Source of the DNA: Desulfatiglandales bacterium
GTDB taxonomy: Bacteria > Desulfobacterota > DSM-4660 > Desulfatiglandales > Desulfatiglandaceae
Direction: 5' to 3'
Length of the DNA: 64,000 nt
Assembly (NCBI GenBank): GCA_963666345.1
Contig: OY762721.1
Span: 704,001 to 768,000, forward strand
Numbering within the stretch: position 1 is the first letter of the stretch; the number at the start of each line of letters is the position of its first letter. Positions 10,528 to 19,842 of this stretch are shown piece by piece. The notes under the pieces were generated by a model. It was not told the DNA's origin. It saw only the letters and a list, made by a program, of their open reading frames with translations, and ran no database searches. The position numbers and the translations under genes are program-made.

Positions 10528-12207
10528 ATGAAAAGAATATGGTCTCTGTTTTTTGTGCTACTATTTATAGCAGCATTTATTTCAATACCTGCCGGTAACT
10601 CTTTTGCAGTAAACAAAGAGTACAAGGCGGGTGATGTAATTACCTTTGAGGGTACGATTCAGCCTGGCCAGGACATCTTTGTTACTGTTGCCATGCAGGA
10701 AATGTTTGCGCCAAAGCAGTCAAGCGGCCCTCATGAGGTAAAGACATTCAAAAAGGACACTAAAAAGGTTGGTTTCACAAACGACACCCAAGTGCCGCCC
10801 CTTTTCTACATCCTGACCAACAACCCTGAAAAATTCGGCAAGGTTGTTGACAAAAAATTCGGTGGACCTTCCTTCCTGGGTGGAATCTACAAGACCACGA
10901 TGTTCAAGCTCTCAAAGTTCGATAAGCTGGACGATCAGGCAAAGGCGATGCTCGGCCCCGTCAAGAGCCAGGAACAATGGAATTTCATGAAATACTGCCA
11001 TGAGAAGGGTTTCGGAATTAATACTGTTACCAAGGAAGGCTCAAAAAAGGGTAAAATCACTATCTTTGCAAGAAGTGTTCTTACAGACCATGGGACAAGC
11101 GGAAAATACTGGGATAAAGGCACGTCCATCAAACTTGACAAGAAGACCGGCAAATACACCGCCTCCTTTAAGTCCTATAGACACACACCGCCAGACACCA
11201 AGTTCGATTACTTTGTAAACGGCAAAAAAGAGGGCTCTTTCACGCTCGCGAAAAACGGATTCTGGCTCTCAAGGGGCTGCCGTTATATGAACCCGATCTG
11301 GATCATAATAGGAGCGACCCTCGTAGGCGCCTTTTTTACTCTTATCGGCGCAGCAGGCGGGATGCTCATGGCCGCCTTCCAGGTCATGATCGTACAGACC
11401 GCCGGTCCGGTAGGTATCAACGCGGCCAACGTACTTCGATCCTCGAATATTGCACTTACCCTTTTTGCACCCCTGGGCTCCTTTTACCGTTATGCGGTAG
11501 TTGAAAAGCGCGTTGCCTGGCCGGTAGGAATCTCCTTTGGCGTAGGTATTCTCGTAGGCTCTATCTGGCTCGGCAAATACGCGACCCAATATCTGCCCAT
11601 GAAGGCCTATAAGGAATGGCTGGCCGTACTGGTCGTGCTTATGGGCATCAGGACCCTGTTTGAGCTTTCGCCCAAGGTCATGGAAAAGAGAAAGAACATC
11701 AAGGCCATGGTCAAGAAATTCAACGAAGAGGTGGCAAAGGCCAAGGCAGAGGGAAGATCCGCAGAGATGGGCAAGATCGAGCCTGTCAAAACAGGGCTGA
11801 CCGATTACAGGTTCAAGTTCTGGGGTGAGGAATTCACCATCAATCCGCTCCTTTTTGGAATCTTGGGTCTAGCTATCGGTATTGTCTCAAGGAGTTTCGG
11901 TATCGGCGGCGGATTCCTTCTAGTGCCCGCCATGACCACCCTGGGAGCCCTTCCCATGTACGTTGCCGTGCCTATTTCGCTTATCGGAACATCCTTCAGC
12001 AGTGTGGGCTCATTCATAGGTTATATGATGAACGGCTACTGGCCTGATCTCTGGCTTGCCATTGCGATCATCATAGGTGGTTTCGCCGGTGGTATGATAG
12101 GAAGCCGTCTGCAGAAACTCTTTAGCGAAATAACCCTGAAATGGACACTCGCAATCGTCCTTTTCTTCCTTTTCTTCCGCTTCTTCAAGATCGAGATCTG
12201 GATCTAA
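10528..12207 (+). CDS. TauE/SafE (TSUP) family permease with a large N-terminal exported domain
   Basis: AAGGAGGAGG RBS and signal peptide (…SFA), then a ~230-aa soluble domain. The TSUP helices that follow carry GAAGG and FGIGGGFLLVP motifs. Confidence 0.85.
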   Translation: MKRIWSLFFVLLFIAAFISIPAGNSFAVNKEYKAGDVITFEGTIQPGQDIFVTVAMQEMFAPKQSSGPHEVKTFKKDTKKVGFTNDTQVPPLFYILTNNPEKFGKVVDKKFGGPSFLGGIYKTTMFKLSKFDKLDDQAKAMLGPVKSQEQWNFMKYCHEKGFGINTVTKEGSKKGKITIFARSVLTDHGTSGKYWDKGTSIKLDKKTGKYTASFKSYRHTPPDTKFDYFVNGKKEGSFTLAKNGFWLSRGCRYMNPIWIIIGATLVGAFFTLIGAAGGMLMAAFQVMIVQTAGPVGINAANVLRSSNIALTLFAPLGSFYRYAVVEKRVAWPVGISFGVGILVGSIWLGKYATQYLPMKAYKEWLAVLVVLMGIRTLFELSPKVMEKRKNIKAMVKKFNEEVAKAKAEGRSAEMGKIEPVKTGLTDYRFKFWGEEFTINPLLFGILGLAIGIVSRSFGIGGGFLLVPAMTTLGALPMYVAVPISLIGTSFSSVGSFIGYMMNGYWPDLWLAIAIIIGGFAGGMIGSRLQKLFSEITLKWTLAIVLFFLFFRFFKIEIWI

Positions 12208-12233
12208 GAAAAGGCATTAGGCTAATCTAGATA

Positions 12234-12268
12234 AAGGGGAAGGGATTGTTTCCTTCCCCTTGCTTTTT
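12234..12268 (+). terminator. Rho-independent terminator/attenuator
   Basis: AAGGGGAAGG...CCTTCCCCTT hairpin followed by GCTTTTT. Confidence 0.7.
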
Positions 12269-12285
12269 AGGATCAAAACAGGCTG

Positions 12286-12903
12286 ATGGAAAATTTATTT
12301 GATGTTATATGGTTCAAGATTTTGGACCTTATTTATTTTGCAAGAGGGCTTATGGACAACCTCTTTTCACCTCTGCATCTGCTCGGCCCTGCATTTACCA
12401 TAGCCATTATCGCCCTTCTGACAGTGCTTTTGACAAAGCTCCTTACAAGACTCTACAAGACAAAACGTCTCAAAAAACTGGAGAAAGAATTTATCCACTG
12501 GCATGATCTGAGGCAGGAGGCCATGAAATGTGAAGACCGTGATAAGGCAAAGCTTCTCTCCAAGAATATCGATCAGGCCAGATTGAACAGGGTGTATTAC
12601 GACTATTTTCTTGAAGGTTTTCTCAACGGCATTGCCACAAAATATCTACCCGTTCTTATCATGGTGGCATATGTAAACGAAAGCTATAACCCGGAGATGT
12701 TGAAAAGGATGTTTGGCCGCAGTTATATCTTCAGGCTGGGGGGCTCGGAGGTGGAACCCATTTTAATGGGCTCGGTCTTCTTTTTTATCGTCTCAATCAT
12801 ACTTTTCTATATAGCATGGGCAGCGACCAAGAGGATATACAGGAAAAGACACCCTGAAAAAAGCCCTGTTGCGTCCGAACAAGCATCCGAATCAAAATCC
12901 TAG
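12286..12903 (+). CDS. DUF106 / EMC3-TMCO1-like membrane protein
   Basis: Architecture TM1, charged coiled coil (RLKKLEKEF...), TM2, TM3, typical of the Oxa1-superfamily DUF106 group. Confidence 0.6.
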   Translation: MENLFDVIWFKILDLIYFARGLMDNLFSPLHLLGPAFTIAIIALLTVLLTKLLTRLYKTKRLKKLEKEFIHWHDLRQEAMKCEDRDKAKLLSKNIDQARLNRVYYDYFLEGFLNGIATKYLPVLIMVAYVNESYNPEMLKRMFGRSYIFRLGGSEVEPILMGSVFFFIVSIILFYIAWAATKRIYRKRHPEKSPVASEQASESKS

Positions 12904-12966
12904 ATCCTCCTCTGTCCCCATATTCCGCTGAAAGTGACACAATCCATTTCTAAAGATAGAACTCAA

Positions 12967-13719
12967 TCAGAAAAACCCCTTTTGAACAAGTTTCAGGGCA
13001 AAAAGGATTAATATCACCCCGAAAATTCTGCGCACAGTCGGCCCCTTTAATTTTTCAGCCATTACCATGGAGCCTGCCTGCCCGCCGATAATAGAAAACA
13101 GGGCCGCCAGGAGAACGAATTTCCAGTCGATATCGGCCAGTGACAGATGCGCTATAAACCCGCTGAAGGATGAAAATATCACAATAAAGATGGAGGTTGC
13201 CGCAGCTGTCTTTGTCGGCACCTTAAGCATATAAATAAGTAGAGGCAGAACAAATACCCCACCTCCGATACCAAAAAGACCCGCCATAAAACCTATCACC
13301 ACACCTATGGCTCCTCCCCCCAGGATCCTTCTGGCATTTCCTATCTCAATTCTTGCCTCTTCAGCCTTTTTCGAAAAAAGCATCCTTGCGGCGGCGATCA
13401 GTATCACAAGAGTCAACATGATGATAAACAGCCTCATGTTGATCCTGTTTGATATCATGGCACCCAGCGGTGCGAAAAGACAGGAGGTGATAAGAAGAGG
13501 AAGACCTATCTTCACATCCACCATCTTTTTTCGGAAAAAGGTTATTGCCGCTGACACGGCGGCTGTCCCGTTCAGGAATAGAGAGGCGGAAAGAGCAGTT
13601 GAAAGTGGAAAGCCCAGTAGTATGAAAAGGGGCGAAAATATGAGACCACCGCCCAACCCAACCATGGTTAAAACAAATGAAACGAGGCCTATGCCTAGGC
13701 ACAAAAGGACTATGGACAT
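12967..13719 (-). CDS. Sulfite exporter TauE/SafE family protein
   Basis: GLGGGLIFSP and GIGGGVFVLP repeat motifs, about 8 TM segments. Confidence 0.9.
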   Translation of the reverse strand: MSIVLLCLGIGLVSFVLTMVGLGGGLIFSPLFILLGFPLSTALSASLFLNGTAAVSAAITFFRKKMVDVKIGLPLLITSCLFAPLGAMISNRINMRLFIIMLTLVILIAAARMLFSKKAEEARIEIGNARRILGGGAIGVVIGFMAGLFGIGGGVFVLPLLIYMLKVPTKTAAATSIFIVIFSSFSGFIAHLSLADIDWKFVLLAALFSIIGGQAGSMVMAEKLKGPTVRRIFGVILILFALKLVQKGFF

Positions 13720-13842
13720 CAGAAACACCTTCTTCAGTATTGATATTAACGACCTGAAGGCCTGAATTAATCTTTGAAATTATACATTCAAGCATCCAGT
13801 TACAACAGGCAGATGAATCTTTTCAAAAAGGAGTCCAAAGAT

Positions 13843-13881
13843 AAAAAAAGGGCCTCCCCTCATACACGGGGAAGCCCTTTT
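13843..13881 (-). terminator. Rho-independent terminator after the molybdoenzyme gene
   Basis: AAAAGGGCTTCCCC...GGGGAGGCCCTTTTTTT on the minus strand. Confidence 0.75.
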
Positions 13882-13894
13882 GACGCTTCGATCT

Positions 13895-16693
13895 TTAGAC
13901 TTTTTCGATCTTTGTCTTTATGTATTTAAATGGGGGTGTGCCGCCCACATCTTCCGTGCAATTGGGCTTCATGATCCCCGGGGTATTGACCCCCCCGAAT
14001 TCCGGGAACTTGGGATCACCCTCCAGTCCTCTGGCATGGCCGAAGCCGCCGCCTGAGGCAAGCACTCCGCGCATGATCTCCCACGTAGGATGAGCCTTTA
14101 TCTCTATCTCACCCCATGGAGATGTCAGTTTTACCTTATCGCCCTCGCTTATCCCTTTCTCCTGGGCATCCAGCTGGTTGATCCATAGTACGTTCGTGGG
14201 ATTGGTCTTCATCAACTGGACATTGTTGAAGGTAGAGGAGTGCTCGTGGGTGAAGAATCTGAAGTTCCCGAAGATGAACGGATATTCCTTATCCGGGGCA
14301 AGGTCCGGATCAGGTTCCTTATAGTCCGGAAGAGGATCTATCCCCTTCTCCTCTGCAATGGTATTTAGAAAATTATATTTCCCCGTGGTTGTCTTGCCGG
14401 ACGAACCGTAACCGTCAGGGGTATTAAATGAGCCCCATTTCTTATATTTATAATACTCCGTCTCATCTGTAATAAGAAAGCCCTTTTCCTTCAGCTCGTC
14501 ATAGGACCACGGGGTCCCTGCCAGTTGGTTTCGCTCCGCCTCCTCAATATCTTCCCATGGGAAGTACTCGCCGAGATCCAGTCTTTTTGCAATTTCTCTG
14601 GTAATCCACCACATCGGTCTTGAATCATACATAGGTTTTACGATCTCAGCATAATAGGCGATAAAGGCGTCATAGAGCCAGTCAGCCTTGACCTGGCTCT
14701 GCTCGAGCCAAGTTGCATCAGGAAGCACAACATCACAGAGAAGCGCGGTGTTGCACATAAAGGCATCTATTGTCGCCTTGAAATCCATCATCTCGATTGC
14801 CTTTGTGGTCGCCTCCTGATTTCCCCAGGAAAGGACCGGGTCGCCGAAATAATTAATCATCCCCTTGAGCTTTCCGGCCTCCACGTCTTCAAGAAGGTAT
14901 GCCGGGGCCCATCCCGCCCATATACCGAACTTGTTGAGTTTGGGGGCATCCGTTGCAGCCGGTTTTTTCTGTCCGTCTCCCCACATCGGTTTCAGTTTTC
15001 TCTTGAACGGCAAGGCAGGTCCGCCAGGGGCGTCAAAGGTGCCACAGAGACCGTTTAGTGCCTGAATAGCTGCTGTCCCGTACATGCCGTTGTGGGTCTG
15101 GGCCAGACCGGTCCATGAAATACACCCCTTATTTCCTGCCAGGGCAAATTCGGTTGCGATCCTCTCTATGGTCTCGGCAGGAACGCCGCTTATCTTGCTG
15201 GCCCATTCGGGCGTCCGTTCCACCCCGTCTTCCTCGCCCATGACCCTCTTTTTGAACTCATCAAACCCGTGGGTCCAGTTTTCAACGAATTCTTTATCAA
15301 AAAGGTCATTTTTTATTATTACGTTGCACATCGCCAATGCCACTGCGGCATCGGTTGAAGGCTTGATCGGAATCCATTCCGTGGCAGCGTTTCCCGTATC
15401 AGATCTTCTGGGGTCAAACACAACAAGCTTCATGCCCCGCTTCAGGGCGGCACGCAGTTCAGCCGTTTTCCTCTGACTGTAAGATGTGGCAAGCTCATTC
15501 ATGCCGAAGTGTATGGCGTAGTCCGCTTCCTGATAGTTTATCCAGGGTCTCTTGTCATTGAGATTTTTCTCGTTCGCCATCCTGTTGGCATTATCGCACA
15601 TCGGTCTGTGAGTGGTCTTTGGGCAGCCGAGATGATCAAACAGTGCCTCATGTATCGAGTTGGCCCAATCATTTCCACGCATATATCCCAGTTTGCCCTT
15701 CTCAGTACCTTTAATTCCTTCAACCACCCGATCAAGGGCCTCATCCCAGGTAGCTTTTCTAAATCGACCGTTCTCCCTGATAAGAGGACTTTTTAACCTG
15801 TATGCCGAATACACATGCTTCGGGGCGGCCGCACCCTTGGGGCAGAGTCTTCCCCCACCTTTGGGATCCCCCTTCAAACCGCTTGTACCGGTAAGAATGC
15901 CATCCTCCAGCTTGGCCGTCATACCGCAAAGCGCACCACATGTATAGCAGTGGCTTGCCACGGTCTTGGCCGATTCCGGCTCTACTACTCCCTCAGCCAG
16001 GGTCGTATAGCCGGGCTCAAGATGCAGGGAATCGCATGCACCCACCATGCGTCTTGTGACCTCCTCACCCCTGGTAAAGCCCTCTATCCTCATGCTTTCA
16101 CACATCATCGCCCCGCGGATAAACTGGGCCAGCCCCTGATAAAAATCCGTTTTTGTGCAGGCGGCAAGCTGATCACAAAAGGCAGACACCCATTTAGTAT
16201 ACTTTTTCTTGAAAAAATCCTTGTAAAGCTCATCATTCCCATTTTCAAGAACATATCTGAGATATTCAAGCTGAACTGCGATATGGTCATCCAGATCCTT
16301 GTATTCGGGATTTTTATGCACACCGGCCTTTTTGAAATATTCTCTCATTTCGATTACCGGTTTTTGCATAACAATCGGATCCACGTTTACATGACACGAT
16401 TCATAAGGGAAAACCGGATTGGCGCCAGCGTTCAGGAAGATATCCGCATAATCGTATCTCAACTCATTGTATAACTCCTCAGCACCACGTTCCTTCAGGC
16501 AACGGGACATAACCTCAGCACCATTTATGAGATCAATGAATCCGCATCCTGTTACCGATTCATTGAATCCCTGCAGGAACTCATCCTTCTGCATGGCCTT
16601 GATCAGATCAAACGGAATTTCATCTCTCAATAATGTTGAAAGAAACTGATATCTTTTGGCCCTCGAACTCATGTACTCAACATCCATTGACAT
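13895..16693 (-). CDS. Bis-MGD molybdopterin oxidoreductase (Psr/Phs-like catalytic subunit) with N-terminal TorD/DmsD chaperone domain
   Basis: N-terminal PYES and DDHIAVQLE chaperone motifs; CYTCGALC...LCPKG Fe-S motif; HRPMC candidate Mo-Cys ligand; CDVVLP; C-terminal dinucleotide-binding domain. Confidence 0.88.
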   Translation of the reverse strand: MSMDVEYMSSRAKRYQFLSTLLRDEIPFDLIKAMQKDEFLQGFNESVTGCGFIDLINGAEVMSRCLKERGAEELYNELRYDYADIFLNAGANPVFPYESCHVNVDPIVMQKPVIEMREYFKKAGVHKNPEYKDLDDHIAVQLEYLRYVLENGNDELYKDFFKKKYTKWVSAFCDQLAACTKTDFYQGLAQFIRGAMMCESMRIEGFTRGEEVTRRMVGACDSLHLEPGYTTLAEGVVEPESAKTVASHCYTCGALCGMTAKLEDGILTGTSGLKGDPKGGGRLCPKGAAAPKHVYSAYRLKSPLIRENGRFRKATWDEALDRVVEGIKGTEKGKLGYMRGNDWANSIHEALFDHLGCPKTTHRPMCDNANRMANEKNLNDKRPWINYQEADYAIHFGMNELATSYSQRKTAELRAALKRGMKLVVFDPRRSDTGNAATEWIPIKPSTDAAVALAMCNVIIKNDLFDKEFVENWTHGFDEFKKRVMGEEDGVERTPEWASKISGVPAETIERIATEFALAGNKGCISWTGLAQTHNGMYGTAAIQALNGLCGTFDAPGGPALPFKRKLKPMWGDGQKKPAATDAPKLNKFGIWAGWAPAYLLEDVEAGKLKGMINYFGDPVLSWGNQEATTKAIEMMDFKATIDAFMCNTALLCDVVLPDATWLEQSQVKADWLYDAFIAYYAEIVKPMYDSRPMWWITREIAKRLDLGEYFPWEDIEEAERNQLAGTPWSYDELKEKGFLITDETEYYKYKKWGSFNTPDGYGSSGKTTTGKYNFLNTIAEEKGIDPLPDYKEPDPDLAPDKEYPFIFGNFRFFTHEHSSTFNNVQLMKTNPTNVLWINQLDAQEKGISEGDKVKLTSPWGEIEIKAHPTWEIMRGVLASGGGFGHARGLEGDPKFPEFGGVNTPGIMKPNCTEDVGGTPPFKYIKTKIEKV

Positions 16694-17411
16694 CCCTCCT
16701 TGAATTATTTTTAAATTATTTGTTAATGCTCCGAACCCATTTGATCAGGCAGATGGATACTTGCCCGACCAAAGCTATCATTCCTTAACCTCGCGGGTAA
16801 CAATGTGTTAAAAAAAACAACACCTGTCTCTTCGCAACAAAGTCCGGTTCTTGCCCTTTTCTGGAATTTACCGATTTATGATTATTTAAATTTGGGGGGA
16901 AACAGTGGTATTAATGGCATACAAGAAAGAATATATCAAGAAAAATCTATTATAATCAATATCTTAAGTCATCCATGACATAAGGTGTTTGATTCTCCCC
17001 CTGTCAGAGGCTTTTTCCCGTTACATCGTATAAATGAGGGCATGCTGTAAAAAAAGCTCAAGAGTATCCATTATTGACGCATTCATAAAAAGCCTGTTTA
17101 TACCTCTTTGCGGCAGCCTATGGGGAACGAAGCCGAACAATTCAACGGGATAAGTCATTGTCAGTAAACCGATCGGAAAAGACGAAAAAGCAAGTATAGT
17201 CCCGCCCAAGGCGGGACATTTGGATATTATGAAGTCGTCAATATTAAGAATAGATATAATCAAATATAGCTTAATTATTGATTTAATAGTATTGCATTAG
17301 TATAATCTTAAATTTGAAGGGATCAGGATAAATTTTCCATATACTATTCTTATTGATGTTCATATAAACTTTAGTTTTTTGAACTATCCTTCAAAAAAGG
17401 AGGGAGTATAA

Positions 17412-19232
17412 ATGACTGTTTATAGAGAATCGACCATGGCGGGTATATTCCAGAATCAGGCCGAAAGGTATGGAGAGAAGGCCTGCCTGGCCTACAAAAG
17501 GGAAGGTAAATACTCCGATTTATCCTGGAATCAAATAAATGAAATGGTCAGAAATCTCTCCTCCTTCCTGACATCCAAGGGCATAAAGAGAGGCGATAGG
17601 GTAGCCATATTTTCACCTAACAGGTATGAATGGTGGGTAAGTGATTTGGCACTGCTTTCCATCGGAGCGATTGATGTTCCGATATACGCCACAAACTCGG
17701 CTGAAGAGGCCCTTTATGTACTTGATCATTCAGGTGCAAAGGCATGTTTTACTGGTGAAGCGGAACGTCTGGAAAAACTTGTCGGGATAAGGGACAGGTT
17801 ACCGAATCTGGAATTTATGGTCTATTACGAAAGAGATGGACAAGAACTTGGAGATAATATCCTTGCCTACGATGATGCCTTGAAAATCGGCGAAGGACTC
17901 TATGACAGAGATAATTTCAATAAAACATTGGAAGACATACAACCATCTGATCCCGCCACCATTATCTATACCTCCGGCACGACAGGGCCACCCAAGGGAG
18001 TGGTACTTTCTCACAATAATTTTGTTTCCAATGTAAATCAGATAATGGCCGACTTCAGCCAACACCTTTCCGATCAGGATATTTTTCTCTCCTTTCTTCC
18101 ACTTTCACACGTCTTGGAAAGGACCGCCGGTTTTTATCTACCTGTCAGGTTTGGAGCGAAAGTCGCCTTCGCTGAAAGTTTTCTTACCATTCAGCAGGAT
18201 CTCCAAGAGATAAGGCCGACTCTCATAATAAGCGTACCGAGGCTGTATGAAAAGATACACATGGGTATACTTTCCAAATTAAAAAATGCGTCTCATATAA
18301 AGAAATCGCTGTTCGGCTGGGCCGTAAAGGTAGCAACGGAAAACCTCTCCTATGTATGTACCGGCAAGGATAGAAAGGGGGCCTTTGCGATCAAGTTCAG
18401 GATTGCGGATAAACTGATTTTTTCCAAACTAAAGGCTGCTCTTGGAATGGACAGAATGAAATTTGCAGTCTCGGGCGGGGGCCCGCTCTCCGTTTCGGAT
18501 GGCGAATTTTTTCTTGGAATGGGTATTATAATTCTGGAAGGATTCGGCCTTACTGAAACAACACCCGTGACCAACGTCAACAGACCGCGACTTATCAAAT
18601 CGGGAACCGTAGGCCCACCCCTACCGGAAACGGAAATAAAACTCTCGTCTGCGGGTGAAATCCTCATAAAAGGCCCCCAGGTGATGCTTGGCTACTACAA
18701 TGATGAAGAGGCAACGAGAGAGGTTTTCACGGATGATAATTTCTTTAGAACCGGAGATATCGGCTCCATAGATGAAGATGGTTATTTGTCTATAACCGGC
18801 AGGATGAAAGAGATCATTATTACCTCAGGAGGCAAGAATGTTTCGCCCCAGTACATTGAAAACAGCCTAAAGGATTCCCTCTATATCGAGCAGATTTCAG
18901 TTATTGGTGACAGGCGAAAGTACCTTTCAGCCCTTATAATTCCGGCATTTGACGAATTAAGAAAGTGGGCGAATGAAAATGGGATTAATTTTTCCAACAA
19001 CGAAGATCTTGTCAAAAATGACCTTGTCTGCGAACTTTACCAGGAAGAGGTTGACGAATATAATAAAAAATTTTCAAGGGTCGAGCAGATAAAGAGATTC
19101 ACGATCTTACCTAATGAATGGACCCAGGACAGCGGTGAATTAACGCCTACGCTAAAACTCAAAAGAAGAATAATAGAAAAAAAATATGCCGGTGAGATAG
19201 ACGGCATGTACGCTGAGGAATCCAGGTTATAG
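17412..19232 (+). CDS. Long-chain fatty acid--CoA ligase (AMP-binding)
   Basis: YTSGTTGPPKG, GFGLTET, RTGDIG and LTPTLKLKR motifs. Confidence 0.93.
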   Translation: MTVYRESTMAGIFQNQAERYGEKACLAYKREGKYSDLSWNQINEMVRNLSSFLTSKGIKRGDRVAIFSPNRYEWWVSDLALLSIGAIDVPIYATNSAEEALYVLDHSGAKACFTGEAERLEKLVGIRDRLPNLEFMVYYERDGQELGDNILAYDDALKIGEGLYDRDNFNKTLEDIQPSDPATIIYTSGTTGPPKGVVLSHNNFVSNVNQIMADFSQHLSDQDIFLSFLPLSHVLERTAGFYLPVRFGAKVAFAESFLTIQQDLQEIRPTLIISVPRLYEKIHMGILSKLKNASHIKKSLFGWAVKVATENLSYVCTGKDRKGAFAIKFRIADKLIFSKLKAALGMDRMKFAVSGGGPLSVSDGEFFLGMGIIILEGFGLTETTPVTNVNRPRLIKSGTVGPPLPETEIKLSSAGEILIKGPQVMLGYYNDEEATREVFTDDNFFRTGDIGSIDEDGYLSITGRMKEIIITSGGKNVSPQYIENSLKDSLYIEQISVIGDRRKYLSALIIPAFDELRKWANENGINFSNNEDLVKNDLVCELYQEEVDEYNKKFSRVEQIKRFTILPNEWTQDSGELTPTLKLKRRIIEKKYAGEIDGMYAEESRL

Positions 19233-19300
19233 AACCCGCTCAATTATATCCAGGACGTATAAACTCAGGAATGTGAGCCCCTGCAGATCAGAGGCAGTAG

Positions 19301-19819
19301 ATGGGAATAATGGGAACAAAAATCATGAAGTCTGTGACAAGACCTTATTCAAAAGGAAATTCATCATATTTTAAGGCGGCCCTGCTTATTATTGTTTTTT
19401 CCTTTGTATCGGCATGTTTTCAGCTACACGGAGGCATTCGCTTGATACATTCCCCCTACCGACCTACAATCGATGAACTGGTAGCCTGCAACGAGGAATA
19501 CAATATTTGGACTGCAGGTGAAGGCGCATATCTTACCGCTATACTCTTTGATCCAAAAGGCGACAACCGCCGGGTGGTCACTCATGAGTGGTGGATGCAA
19601 TTAGAAGAAAAAAAAGAGCTGTCAGGCCTGGTTTCATTTTTGGAATCCGATTATGTGTGGCCCCCAAGCCTTTACGAACTTATGGGGCCTGACGGCTCCA
19701 TTTTTGGATACATCTATTCAGTCGAATCAATGGTACCCCTTAATGTGATAGAAAAAGACACACTTCGGGTGGGTAATATACTTCCGGCAAAAAGAGACAT
19801 TATAGACGATAATTTTTAG
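19301..19819 (+). CDS. Hypothetical lipoprotein
   Basis: Hydrophobic stretch ending in VSA-C. Confidence 0.55.
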   Translation: MGIMGTKIMKSVTRPYSKGNSSYFKAALLIIVFSFVSACFQLHGGIRLIHSPYRPTIDELVACNEEYNIWTAGEGAYLTAILFDPKGDNRRVVTHEWWMQLEEKKELSGLVSFLESDYVWPPSLYELMGPDGSIFGYIYSVESMVPLNVIEKDTLRVGNILPAKRDIIDDNF

Positions 19820-19842
19820 CTGCACCCTCTTAGACATGTCTT

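Noticed and set aside
17021..17263. 80-aa ORF
   Set aside because: It coincides with the TIR-bounded intergenic repeat and has no protein-like features.
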